52,216 nt of DNA from Desulfobacterales bacterium (GTDB lineage: Bacteria > Desulfobacterota > Desulfobacteria > Desulfobacterales > UBA11574). The stretch spans positions 1 through 52,216 of the forward strand of contig JBFESJ010000001.1 in assembly GCA_041548585.1 (NCBI GenBank), in the 5' to 3' direction. Position numbers and translations under genes: made by a program. Of the stretch, positions 1 to 9,273 are shown one piece after another. The notes beneath the pieces are model-generated. The model was not told the DNA's origin. It worked only from the letters and a program-made list of their open reading frames with translations, and searched no databases. Positions within the stretch are counted from its first letter, which is position 1; every line of letters begins with the position of its first letter.

Positions 1-26
1 AACTAAAAATCCAGAAAAAATGTTTG

Positions 27-56
27 TTGACTTATACCAATATGTTAAAATATTAT
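27..56 (+). promoter_or_regulatory. candidate sigma70-type promoter (TTGACT-N18-TATTAT)
   Basis: TTGACT is at 27-32 and TATTAT at 51-56 with an 18-nt spacer, oriented toward the ORF at 249. This is a motif match only. Confidence 0.3.
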
Positions 57-106
57 TCATTTTATAATTATTCTATAACAAAGATAATTTTGCCCAACGT
101 GAGTGA

Positions 107-168
107 CTGACAGACAATCCCCTCGATGGTGGCAAAAAACGCTCGCTATCGAGGGGATTGTCTGTCAG
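107..168. repeat. perfect 21-bp inverted repeat with a 20-nt loop (strong stem-loop)
   Basis: ctgacagacaatcccctcgat (107-127) is the exact reverse complement of atcgaggggattgtctgtcag (148-168). Confidence 0.9.
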
Positions 169-248
169 CGATACGATGTGCTTTTTCACATTCAATCTTT
201 TACTGTTTTCATATTTAAATTTATATTCAAAATTATGGAGGATGAACC

Positions 249-653
249 ATGACCGAAAAGTTGAAGGCCGGCATCACCCATGAAATGGAACGAGAAACCA
301 CTGAAGACATGTCTGCACAAAAGGTCTATCCTCATGTGCCGAACGTTTACGCCACCAGGGCCATGGTCGGGCATATTGAAGAGGTATGTGCGGATCTGGT
401 TCTTCCCTATCTCGGAGAGGGAGAGCAAACCGTCGGAACCGGTATGAAATTTAAACACATGGCAGCTACGCCTTTGGGGATGAAGGTTCGGTACAGTGCC
501 AAGTTAGCGGAAGTCGACGGCCCCAAACTGACGTTTGAGGTGGAAGGCTTTGATGAGGTGGACAAGATTGGCGTCGCCACACACCAGCGTTTTATCATCA
601 ATGCTGAAAAGTTCAACAGCCGGGTTGCAAAAAAGGCAGAGAAAACAACGTGA
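249..653 (+). CDS. hotdog-fold thioesterase (fluoroacetyl-CoA-thioesterase-like small family)
   Basis: The ORF is 134 aa with a GGAGGA RBS. The blocks GTGMKFKHMAATPLGMKV..AKLAEVDGPKLTFEVEGFD..IGVATHQRFII are typical of this family. Confidence 0.65.
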   Translation: MTEKLKAGITHEMERETTEDMSAQKVYPHVPNVYATRAMVGHIEEVCADLVLPYLGEGEQTVGTGMKFKHMAATPLGMKVRYSAKLAEVDGPKLTFEVEGFDEVDKIGVATHQRFIINAEKFNSRVAKKAEKTT

Positions 654-786
654 CCGGAAATCAGGGGTCAGGGATCGGGGTTCGGCAATAAAGGCTTAGG
701 GCTTCATTTATTTTTGACATTTAATGAACCTGTTAATTGTCGATCTTAAATCGAAAATCTTCAATTACAATCAAGGGAGGTAGACC

Positions 787-2808
787 ATGGCAGTGACGGA
801 TCCCATTCGCCAGCTGGATGCCATTCTGAGACCCAAAAGCGTGGCCGTTATCGGTGCCTCAACCAGCCCGGACAAAATGGGCCATGAAATTCTGAAAAAC
901 ATCATCGACAGCGGCTTTGAGGGCGCTGTTTATCCCATCAACCCCAAGGCTGATGTTATTCTTGATCTTGCCTGTCACAAGAGCGTCAAGGACATTGCCA
1001 AACCACCGGACCTGGCTGTTATCATCATTCCGGCTCGATTTGTACCCCAGGCAGTTCAAGAATGCGGTGAAGCCGGTGTGAAGGGCGCGGTGATCATTAC
1101 CGGCGGTTTCAGTGAGGCCGGCGAGGAAGGCGAACAGCTTCAGAATCAGGTCGTTGAAGCCGCGCAAAAATTCGGCGTTCGTATCATCGGGCCCAACTGC
1201 CAAGGCGTAAACAATCCCCATCACCCCCTGTGTGCGTCCTGGCCGCTGCTGACTTACCAGGGCAAGATCGCGCTCATTTCCCAGAGCGGTACCGTTGGCG
1301 CTGCCATGATGGACTGGCTGTCCGAGGATAAACTGGGGACTTCAAGCTTTGTCAGCATGGGCAATCGCGCCGATGTCGATGAAACCGACCTTATTGCCTA
1401 TTTCAATCAGGACCCCAACACCGGGGTCATTGCTGCTTATATCGAAGGAATCAAACGTCCGGAACGATTCATTCAGGCGGTGGAGCAGCTTCAAAAGCCA
1501 CTGGTGGTTCTAAAGTCCGGCCGTACACCCAAAGGGAAGGTGGCAGCCGAGTCCCACACCAAGGCTTTGGCCGGTGCTGATGCTATTTATGAATCCCTTT
1601 TTGCAAAATATAACATTTGCAGGGCCTATACGGCGGAAGCATTTTATGATTACACCAAGGCTCTGGCTTATCTCAAACCACCGAAGGGCAATCGTATTCT
1701 GTTTATCACCACATCCGGAGGTGCTGCTATTCTGGCAACGGATCAGGCCGAACAAGAAGGTTTAGACGTATCTCCGCTGCCCGAAGCGTTGGTGGAGGCC
1801 ATAACGCCGCTTATTCCGGCCCATGCAATTAAGGCCAACCCCATTGATCTTACCGGAGATGCCACTGCTCAGATGTTCGGAGATGTTATTGAGGTCACCC
1901 GAAAGCACTACGACACCCTGGGGGTGATTTTTGGAGATCCGGTGGAAGATGCCTCCCGTGTCGTGACGCCCAATGCCAATGAGTTGATTATCTTTTATGG
2001 GGGGGCAGACGTCGAACGTTATGAACGTGAACGCATGCACCTTAAAGGAATTCCGGTTTTTCCCACTCCCGAAAGGGGAATAAAGGCACTGGCCCAGGTA
2101 CTTGAGCGTAAAGCGTTGGATACACCACAGAATCCGACCCTGACTGTCCCGGCGGCCGGCCGCCAACTGCCGCTTCATCGGGCATTTTCACGCATCGCCG
2201 AACAAGGCTTGCCCTGTACCGAATTTGCCCTGGCGGACAGCCAAACCAGTGCCGTTCAGATTGCTCAGGAACAAGGATTCCCGGTAGCGCTTAAAATCAG
2301 CTCACCTGATATTCTACACAAGAGCGATGTCGGAGGGGTAGAGCTCGATCTAAATTCTGCTGAAGCCGTTGAAAAAGGCTACGATGCGTTGCTGTCGGCT
2401 GTGAAACGCAGCAATCCAAAAGCTCAGGTGGATGGCGTGTTGGTGAGCAAAATGGCGTCACCCGGATTGGAGGTCATTGTAGGAATGAACCGTGACCCGC
2501 AGTTCGGTCCGGTGATTCTTTTTGGCCTTGGCGGTATCATGGTGGAGATCTTTCAGGATGTGAGCCTCAGACTTCTTCCCTTGACAAAGGAAGAGGCCAT
2601 GACCATGATACGGGAAATAAAAGGCTACAGGCTCATTGCCGGTTATCGCGGCAGGCCTGCAGTGGATGAACAGGCGTTGGCAGACTGTCTGTTAACTGTT
2701 GCCCGGCTGGCAGAAGGGTCTCCGGATATTATTGAGATCGATCTTAATCCGGTCTTCGCCTATCCGAACGGAATACAGGTGGCAGATGTCAGGATTATTG
2801 TAAAATAA
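787..2808 (+). CDS. acetate--CoA ligase (ADP-forming) family protein, fused alpha/beta
   Basis: The ORF is 673 aa with a GGGAGG RBS. It has an N-terminal CoA-binding/SCS-like region (VAVIGAS..PINP, GPNCQG, SQSG) and a C-terminal ATP-grasp (FPVALKISSPDILHKSDVGGV). Confidence 0.85.
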   Translation: MAVTDPIRQLDAILRPKSVAVIGASTSPDKMGHEILKNIIDSGFEGAVYPINPKADVILDLACHKSVKDIAKPPDLAVIIIPARFVPQAVQECGEAGVKGAVIITGGFSEAGEEGEQLQNQVVEAAQKFGVRIIGPNCQGVNNPHHPLCASWPLLTYQGKIALISQSGTVGAAMMDWLSEDKLGTSSFVSMGNRADVDETDLIAYFNQDPNTGVIAAYIEGIKRPERFIQAVEQLQKPLVVLKSGRTPKGKVAAESHTKALAGADAIYESLFAKYNICRAYTAEAFYDYTKALAYLKPPKGNRILFITTSGGAAILATDQAEQEGLDVSPLPEALVEAITPLIPAHAIKANPIDLTGDATAQMFGDVIEVTRKHYDTLGVIFGDPVEDASRVVTPNANELIIFYGGADVERYERERMHLKGIPVFPTPERGIKALAQVLERKALDTPQNPTLTVPAAGRQLPLHRAFSRIAEQGLPCTEFALADSQTSAVQIAQEQGFPVALKISSPDILHKSDVGGVELDLNSAEAVEKGYDALLSAVKRSNPKAQVDGVLVSKMASPGLEVIVGMNRDPQFGPVILFGLGGIMVEIFQDVSLRLLPLTKEEAMTMIREIKGYRLIAGYRGRPAVDEQALADCLLTVARLAEGSPDIIEIDLNPVFAYPNGIQVADVRIIVK

Positions 2809-2970
2809 AATCGTGTTACGATTTTATAAAACTCCCTCAGCATAGGCTGCGGGAGCAAATTGACGATTCAGCCGTCGTAGCTGAGCACTCAATCATTTGT
2901 AATAGAATAATGATATCGTTTAGATTTGTTTTGCCACAAAAAACAAAAAATTTACCATTAAGGAACGTAG

Positions 2971-3945
2971 ATGAATGAATTTGATGGTCTTGTTTCAAGG
3001 CTCAAGAACAAGTACCCCATGTTGCAAAATTTTACCGATCGTACCTTTGGTGTGGAGATCGAATTTTTCGGGCTGAACTATGTGATAACACCATTGGACA
3101 ATAGTATCATCAAACCCTACTGCATTTCATCCCGCGCTAAAGACGGGCGCCACATTTCAGATCTTTACAAGGATTACAATATAGTTCTTGGCAACAGCCG
3201 GGACACATGGCACTTTGAGCAAGATAGTTCCGTCAGAGGCAAAGGACACACCAGATGTGGTGCTGAACTGATCAGCCCGATTTTAAGCGGCATGGAAGGA
3301 CTGGTGCAAGTCTTCAACGCTTTCCAATTTCTAAAAGCTATTGAAGGAATTGATATTGATGCAAGTTGTGGAATGCATGTTCATCACGGTGTTGACCCTT
3401 CCGCTTACAACTGCAAACAACTCCAGCAGCTTGTACACATCGTTCATCACTATGAAGATCTCTTTTACCTGCTTATCCCGGGAGAACGTCAGGATGCTGA
3501 AACCTGTCGGCCCATGGAAATTGACGTGAAAGCCTTCCTGGATGTCTGTGAAGGCGATGATGATGGCCGCAATTGCCGAATTAAAGATCTCTGGTATTCG
3601 CTTCAAAACCGTTACGACGAAACGTGTGGTGTGAATTCACGCTACGACAAGACCCGCTACCACGGTCTGAATCTGCACTCCTACTGGTATCGCTCTACCA
3701 TTGAATTTCGCTATCACTCAGCCCTGCTGGTAAAAGCAGATGAGGCCATCCAATGGATCATCTTTACCCAGTTCCTTATTGAGTTGAGCCAGGATCACGT
3801 TCCGGATATCTATTACTATCCTGAAGCGAACAAATGGCTGGCAACCATCTATAAGATTTACAAAGAGTTCGGCTATCAGGAACGTATCAAGAAGGCGCCA
3901 GCTAGCGTAAATCGGTCTGTAAAACATATAAAATTGTTTAACTAA
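2971..3945 (+). CDS. glutamine-synthetase-like amidoligase (Amidoligase_2-type)
   Basis: The 324-aa ORF has the blocks FGVEIEFFG, GAELISPIL, CGMHVHHG and STIEFRYHS, which are characteristic of the predicted amidoligase family. It is followed by GATase-like genes, as described for that family. Confidence 0.7.
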   Translation: MNEFDGLVSRLKNKYPMLQNFTDRTFGVEIEFFGLNYVITPLDNSIIKPYCISSRAKDGRHISDLYKDYNIVLGNSRDTWHFEQDSSVRGKGHTRCGAELISPILSGMEGLVQVFNAFQFLKAIEGIDIDASCGMHVHHGVDPSAYNCKQLQQLVHIVHHYEDLFYLLIPGERQDAETCRPMEIDVKAFLDVCEGDDDGRNCRIKDLWYSLQNRYDETCGVNSRYDKTRYHGLNLHSYWYRSTIEFRYHSALLVKADEAIQWIIFTQFLIELSQDHVPDIYYYPEANKWLATIYKIYKEFGYQERIKKAPASVNRSVKHIKLFN

Positions 3946-4098
3946 TAAATATCAAAATAATTGATGTAATAAATCAAATTCATCTTCCAAAAGTATCCAA
4001 TGTCGCTTACCAAAGAATTTTTACAAGTTTATTATTATTAAATCGGCACATTATTTTGATAACGTTGTGAGCAGAAATTATAAGAAGCAGAGGCGACC

Positions 4099-4839
4099 AT
4101 GTGTGACATTTTAGCCATCTCGGCGGGCTATAACTATACACCCAAAACGTATCTGCCCATCTTCGCGGAAAAGGGCAGTGAAAACATGAACGGCTGGGGT
4201 ATCGGCTTTTTTCGCGAGGACCAGGCCCTGGTGGAAAGGTCCGAGGAGAAGGTATTCAGCGATCAACAAGTTCACGAAAGCTTCCAAAGACTCGCCCGGG
4301 TCATCGACAGCCGGATCATTATATCCCATGTCAACTGCCCGAAGAGCGGCGGTCACCACAGTGCGCAACTCCATCCCTTCAAGCTTACCTTTCTGGATCA
4401 CGACTGGTTGTTTGCCCAGGTGGGCGTTGTTGAAAACATTAACGCATATCAAACCACAGGAACACCTCGGCTGGAAGTCGATGTCTACACGGCCAGGATT
4501 TTTGAATATTTAAGAGATCAACTGGTATTACTGAACCGCAAGAACCCGTACATCAGTGTATACATTGCGCTGCGTATTGCGATCCAAGAGCTTTTAGACG
4601 ACTATCCCGGGAATTACACTTTTTTTCTTGCCAATGAATCGTTTCTCTTTGCCTTTTGTAACTTTCGACAGCTGATGATTCTCAAGGCGTCCGAAAGTAT
4701 GGGAGATATTTTGCTGGTTACTTCCGTAAAGGAAGGGCTGAGTCGCACCGATTGGCACCCCATAACACCGGATCCTCAATCCCAAGGCGAGCTTCTGGTG
4801 ATTGCCGGTCCGGATGTGTTGTACGCTGGTGATGTATAA
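4099..4839 (+). CDS. class-II (Ntn) glutamine amidotransferase-like protein, degenerate catalytic motifs
   Basis: The ORF starts Met-Cys (MCDILAIS). It is a paralog of the next ORF but has HVNCPKSGG and AQVGVV where the paralog has HLRFRTSG and AHNGKA. Confidence 0.7.
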   Translation: MCDILAISAGYNYTPKTYLPIFAEKGSENMNGWGIGFFREDQALVERSEEKVFSDQQVHESFQRLARVIDSRIIISHVNCPKSGGHHSAQLHPFKLTFLDHDWLFAQVGVVENINAYQTTGTPRLEVDVYTARIFEYLRDQLVLLNRKNPYISVYIALRIAIQELLDDYPGNYTFFLANESFLFAFCNFRQLMILKASESMGDILLVTSVKEGLSRTDWHPITPDPQSQGELLVIAGPDVLYAGDV

Positions 4840-4892
4840 GAAACAGGTGAAAATCAAAAAAATTATGCTAATCCTATTCTCCTGTCAAAAAA

Positions 4893-5636
4893 ATGTGTGA
4901 CCTTTTTGCCCTCTCTGCCAAGAAAGATTACTCTGCCCCTGAATTTTTGCCAGTTTTTGCAGTTCGGGCCAAAAAAAATATGGACGGATGGGGTATCGGT
5001 TATTTCCGCAAACACCATGCCTTGGTTGAAAAGTCGGCTGAACAGATTTTCCACTCAGGTCAGTTGCACGATAGTTTTCAAAGACTGGCCCGTGTCGTAA
5101 AGAGCAGAATTATCATTTGCCATCTCCGTTTTCGGACCAGCGGGCTTGTGGACGAGTGCCATGCCCATCCCTTTGTGCTAAAATTCGGCGGGCATGATTG
5201 GATATTCGCCCATAACGGCAAGGCACCGGCCATTGAATCTTACAGAAGTAGCGGCATTGCCATTGAAGATGCCATAAGCGATTCAGCCAGAGCGTTTGAA
5301 TATCTCCGGGACCGTATGGAAAACCATCACAGGCATGATACAAAGCCTGAGGAGCTTTTCAATACCCTGTCAAACAGTATTTCGCAAATGATGGACCAGT
5401 ATCCGGGTGAATACAATTTTTTACTCTCCAACGGGCATCTTTTATTTGCCTTCACCAACCATCGCCAGTTTATGCTTATGAAAGGAAGCAGAAAACTGAA
5501 AGGTGCCTTTTTGCTCACCACCCTAGCGCGTGGATTAACCAAAGAAAAGTGGCTGCGTGTGGCAAAAGCCACCAATCGTCGGGGACTGCTTCTTGCAATT
5601 TCAGGCAATGATGTTATTTTACACCAATCAATTTAA
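4893..5636 (+). CDS. class-II (Ntn) glutamine amidotransferase-like protein
   Basis: The ORF starts Met-Cys (MCDLFALS). It retains H-x-R-x-x-T-x-G (HLRFRTSG) and H-N-G (FAHNGKA), as in PurF/YafJ-type Ntn amidotransferases. Confidence 0.8.
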   Translation: MCDLFALSAKKDYSAPEFLPVFAVRAKKNMDGWGIGYFRKHHALVEKSAEQIFHSGQLHDSFQRLARVVKSRIIICHLRFRTSGLVDECHAHPFVLKFGGHDWIFAHNGKAPAIESYRSSGIAIEDAISDSARAFEYLRDRMENHHRHDTKPEELFNTLSNSISQMMDQYPGEYNFLLSNGHLLFAFTNHRQFMLMKGSRKLKGAFLLTTLARGLTKEKWLRVAKATNRRGLLLAISGNDVILHQSI

Positions 5637-5991
5637 TACCTGAATAAAGATAATAAAGATTCTCATCAATTTTCATGCGAGGATTCAGGTAACAAAAAAC
5701 CGACCCAAACCCTAACGTTGCAAAAGTCGAGGGTGCTGCAGATCCGAGGCGTCAAGGGTGAAGCTGTAGTAATTTACCGCAAGCCCTTGACAACGGTGGA
5801 TATGCGGTGCCATCGGCTTTCCCGTAGGGTAAATAACATGGCTGCTTTTCACTGATTTCAGGATGCCATCTGGAGTTCATTCCAGCAGAACAGTTAAAAA
5901 AGGTTGAATAGCTTGTAATTATAACTTTTAAACCCATTTTGTCATGTTATTTATGCAACTATAGGGTAAATAGAGCGTTTCCAATAGTGAC

Positions 5992-6864
5992 ATGCAGAGT
6001 TTACCATCAACATATGAAAAGCAATTAAAGGCGTTGTTTTTAGACAAATCCGAACGGGTTATCGACTTTCCAAAATGGCTCCTCTCAGAAGAATCCATTG
6101 AAAACTACCGGTCCATTTCAAAACTGGCCTTGGTTGAAATCGCCGGCCGGGACAGCATTGCCGCTGCAGTGAAATGGGTACAAGACCATAACTTCACGGA
6201 TCTGTTACCCACTTACGCATATACCGGGACGGAATACGGCCCGTGGGACACCGTAAACCAAGCGCTTTTGCGGCTGAAGACTCGTTTGTCAAAGGTTCGG
6301 ATTCATCCTTTAATTGTACTGGGCTCCCCGAACTTTTGGAAAGCACTCAACGGTGCCTTTATCAGTGAGCTGGTGTCAAGGTACGGTTTTTATACCCCCT
6401 GTATCGGCTGCCATTTGTATTTACATGCGGTTCGGATTCCTCTGGCGCTTTCACTGGGCAATGTTCCCATTATTTCCGGTGAACGTGAACGCCATAACGG
6501 TTCCGTAAAGATAAACCAGGTCTCCGAAGCGCTGAATTCATACAAAAAAATGTCAGAAACATTCGGTGTTCAGCTCCTGCTGCCGCTACGTAATATCGAC
6601 CAGGGAAAAGAGATCGAAACGATCCTCAAAAGGAACTGGCATGAGGGAAAAGAGCAGCTCCATTGCTGTCTTTCGGGCAACTATCTCTCCATTGATGGTT
6701 CGGTTGAGATGAATAGGACACAGGTTGTGCGCTATCTCAATGACTTTGCAATACCCTGTACCAAAAAGATTATCCGGGAATATATATCCGGACAAATTCC
6801 AAATCATTTAAAAATCGCAAAACAAATCATACGAAATCTGAAATCCGCCGGGAGTGTTCAATGA
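5992..6864 (+). CDS. adenine-nucleotide alpha-hydrolase (PP-loop)-like protein, degenerate motif; function unknown
   Basis: The 290-aa ORF has EIAGRDSIAAA in place of SGGxDS. The later blocks IISGERERH and FGVQLLLPLRNI resemble Dph6/MJ0570-type ATP pyrophosphatases, and there is a CIGCH motif. The ORF itself is solid; the family assignment is tentative. Confidence 0.45.
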   Translation: MQSLPSTYEKQLKALFLDKSERVIDFPKWLLSEESIENYRSISKLALVEIAGRDSIAAAVKWVQDHNFTDLLPTYAYTGTEYGPWDTVNQALLRLKTRLSKVRIHPLIVLGSPNFWKALNGAFISELVSRYGFYTPCIGCHLYLHAVRIPLALSLGNVPIISGERERHNGSVKINQVSEALNSYKKMSETFGVQLLLPLRNIDQGKEIETILKRNWHEGKEQLHCCLSGNYLSIDGSVEMNRTQVVRYLNDFAIPCTKKIIREYISGQIPNHLKIAKQIIRNLKSAGSVQ

Positions 6865-7652
6865 AACCGAAAGTTGTTCTGTGTAACCTTTTCAATGATA
6901 TAAAACAACTCAAAGCGTTTGCCCTCGATAATGACTTTTCAGGTGTAGACTGGTCTTTTGATTTGAAGAATCTGCCGGAAAGCCCTGCGGAAGAAACCCG
7001 ATGGGTCGAACATTTGTTTATTTTAAATCCCCTTGAGATGCGTTACCATTGTCCTTTTATGAAAGTCGATCTCGGTCACGAGGATTCTTCCCAAGTCTTG
7101 TCGGCTTTGAAACTCTTCCAGCGTGTCATACGACTGGTTTCTAAAGCCGACGGCAAATTTTTGACCTTGCATGTGGGACTCGGTCATAATACCACGCGCA
7201 TACTTTCGTGGGAAAGAACAATATCCAATTTGCGGGGCTTGGTTCAGTATGGTGCTGATCGCGGCGTGAGAGTATGTCTGGAGAACCTGGCCTGGGGATG
7301 GACCAGCAAACCCAATCTGTTTGAAAAGTTGATTCGGCGGACCGGCGCGGGGGTGACCTTTGATATCGGGCATGCACTTGCCTGCGAATCGGTCAGCAAC
7401 CAATACTTTACGGCCGAAGATTTTGTTTCCCCCCATCCGGACCGAGTGTACAATGCCCATATCTACCATACCGAAATCACCGGGCAAGGACATGTCCCGC
7501 CCGATGAGATCGAAGACGTCAAAGAGCGCCTGGATACGCTGTGTAACATCGGGTGTTACTGGTGGGTCATCGAGCTAAAAAAGCCCCATCAATTGCTGAA
7601 GACAAAACAGATCATAGACAACTATATTGAAAAAACATTCACAATTAAATAG
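6861..7652 (+). CDS. sugar-phosphate isomerase/epimerase-like TIM-barrel protein (xylose-isomerase-like fold)
   Basis: The 263-aa ORF overlaps the upstream gene by ATGA. It has the blocks LTLHVGLGH, VCLENL and FDIGHA. Confidence 0.7.
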   Translation: MKPKVVLCNLFNDIKQLKAFALDNDFSGVDWSFDLKNLPESPAEETRWVEHLFILNPLEMRYHCPFMKVDLGHEDSSQVLSALKLFQRVIRLVSKADGKFLTLHVGLGHNTTRILSWERTISNLRGLVQYGADRGVRVCLENLAWGWTSKPNLFEKLIRRTGAGVTFDIGHALACESVSNQYFTAEDFVSPHPDRVYNAHIYHTEITGQGHVPPDEIEDVKERLDTLCNIGCYWWVIELKKPHQLLKTKQIIDNYIEKTFTIK

Positions 7653-7679
7653 TATTTTGGAATCAACTAAAGGTGAGCA

Positions 7680-8987
7680 ATGAAGGTTGTCCTCGTGCTT
7701 TTAGACGGATTGGGCGATCGTTCTTACAGCGTTCTGAACAATCAAACGCCCCTTGAAGCCGCAGACACCCCCAACCTGGATCGCCTGACCCAATTGGGCG
7801 GAAATGGCTTGTTTCACCCCTCGATCTCCGGTCAATGCCTTCCCAGTGAGACGGCTCATTTTTTGCTCTTTGGATACGATTTGAAAAATTTTCCGGGCCG
7901 TGCTCTATTTGAAGCTGTGGGCGAAGGGGTCCCTTTTGATGAGAATGATGTGCTGGTTTTAGCCCACCTTTCCGGTGTTGAATGGAAAAATAATCGACCT
8001 ATTTTAACTTTCGGGCGAGATAATATCAAAGGGACATTTGAAGATATCGGCCGCTGGTATTCTGTCATCCGCGATTTCGAATCTGATGGTATTAACATCC
8101 GGCTTCAGCAAACCCGACGCAACGATGCCATCCTGGTTTTAAACGGACCGGTTTCCCCGTACATATCCGACTCGGATCCGATCGTTCTCGGTAAGCCCAT
8201 CGGCAAAATTGTACCATTGTCTGAGAATCCGGAGCCGGAAGCGTCCAGCCGAAGCGCCAAAGCACTAAACCACTATCTCACCCACTGCTACCGTCAACTC
8301 AAAAAATTAGACCGCGAATATCAAAAGCAAAGAATTAAACCGCCGGGCGAACTCTTTTTGGTGACTCAGCGAAGCGGGCGCCGGGTCGGTCTGCCATCTT
8401 TTCAGGAGCACTGGGGTCTAAAAGGATTGATGATTGCCTCGGTCTCCGTTTATGCCGGCCTGGCCAATGAACTTAAAATCGACTATCGATCGGTGCAAGA
8501 CTCTGATGATCCGGGTCTGGACTTACAGGATCGGATCCGGATAGCCGTGTCCGATACAACACACGATTTTATACACGTACATACCAAAATTCCCGATGAA
8601 GCCGCCCATACCGGCGACCCGCTTTATAAAAAGGATCAAATTGCCCGGCTTGACCGGGGGCTGAAGGCGTTGGTACAGGCCGTCGAAAAAGAGGAAGATT
8701 TGCTGGTGGTTGTAACGGCCGATCATTCAACCCCGAGCATATCGCCCATGATTCACTCGGGCGAGCCTGTTCCGATGGTTATGGCCGGTCCGAGTGTTCG
8801 CAGAGATGATGTGGCGTATTTCTCCGAGATCCAGGCTGCACGCGGGTGTCTGGGAATGTTACGCGGCGCTGAGCTGATGTACATGATTCTTAATTTTTCG
8901 AATCGAGGCAACTTGTACGGGCATCAATTGGGATCGATCAAAAGGGATTATCTACCGTCCGACTATGATCCGTTTGAACTTATTTGA
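7680..8987 (+). CDS. cofactor-independent phosphoglycerate-mutase-like metalloenzyme (archaeal ApgM type)
   Basis: The 435-aa ORF has the N-terminus MKVVLVLLDGLGDR and the block VVVTADHSTP, which are alkaline-phosphatase-superfamily signatures. Confidence 0.75.
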   Translation: MKVVLVLLDGLGDRSYSVLNNQTPLEAADTPNLDRLTQLGGNGLFHPSISGQCLPSETAHFLLFGYDLKNFPGRALFEAVGEGVPFDENDVLVLAHLSGVEWKNNRPILTFGRDNIKGTFEDIGRWYSVIRDFESDGINIRLQQTRRNDAILVLNGPVSPYISDSDPIVLGKPIGKIVPLSENPEPEASSRSAKALNHYLTHCYRQLKKLDREYQKQRIKPPGELFLVTQRSGRRVGLPSFQEHWGLKGLMIASVSVYAGLANELKIDYRSVQDSDDPGLDLQDRIRIAVSDTTHDFIHVHTKIPDEAAHTGDPLYKKDQIARLDRGLKALVQAVEKEEDLLVVVTADHSTPSISPMIHSGEPVPMVMAGPSVRRDDVAYFSEIQAARGCLGMLRGAELMYMILNFSNRGNLYGHQLGSIKRDYLPSDYDPFELI

Positions 8988-9263
8988 GGAGTCGGGGAGT
9001 TTTTCTAAATATTCGCTCCATGGATAATCTTTTTTTAAAACGCGTGAACTCGTGGCAACGGCTCGTAAAGAAAGAACAGAAATCAATCTTTGAAAAATCA
9101 ATAGGTTCACTGTGCAATTTGCAATTTCTTTTAAAGATGTGATTTCGGCATGCGTCTGTTCTTTCTAACGATCCCTAAGCCACTCAAACAGCACCCCATT
9201 TAAAAAAAGATCATCCATTCCGCTAATACTTAACGATTTAGAAGAAAAACTCTCCGAGGGCTC
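8988..9263. repeat. ~275-nt imperfect palindrome filling the convergent apgM-like/nuoN intergenic region
   Basis: The arms pair around a centre near 9125. For example, atggataatctttttttaaa (9020s) pairs with tttaaaaaaagatcatccat (9199-9218), agaaagaacaga (9068-9079) pairs with tctgttctttct (9156-9167), and gagtttttc pairs with gaaaaactc. Confidence 0.75.
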
Positions 9264-9273
9264 ACTTATTTAA

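Noticed and set aside
4044-4059. A sigma54-like string, CGGCACATTATTTTGA, lies upstream of the first GATase-like gene.
   Set aside because: The -12 element is shifted by one base and lacks the GC (TTTG instead of TTGC). It does not fit TGGCA-N7-TTGC as the seven accepted sites do.
5731-5812. This stretch bears a superficial resemblance to guanidine-I (ykkC) riboswitch core strings: GAGGGTGCTG, GATCCGAGG and ACGGTGGATA.
   Set aside because: The blocks are adjacent rather than separated by the P1a/P1b helices, several invariant bases differ, and the downstream gene has no guanidine-related function. An Infernal scan with RF00442 would settle it.
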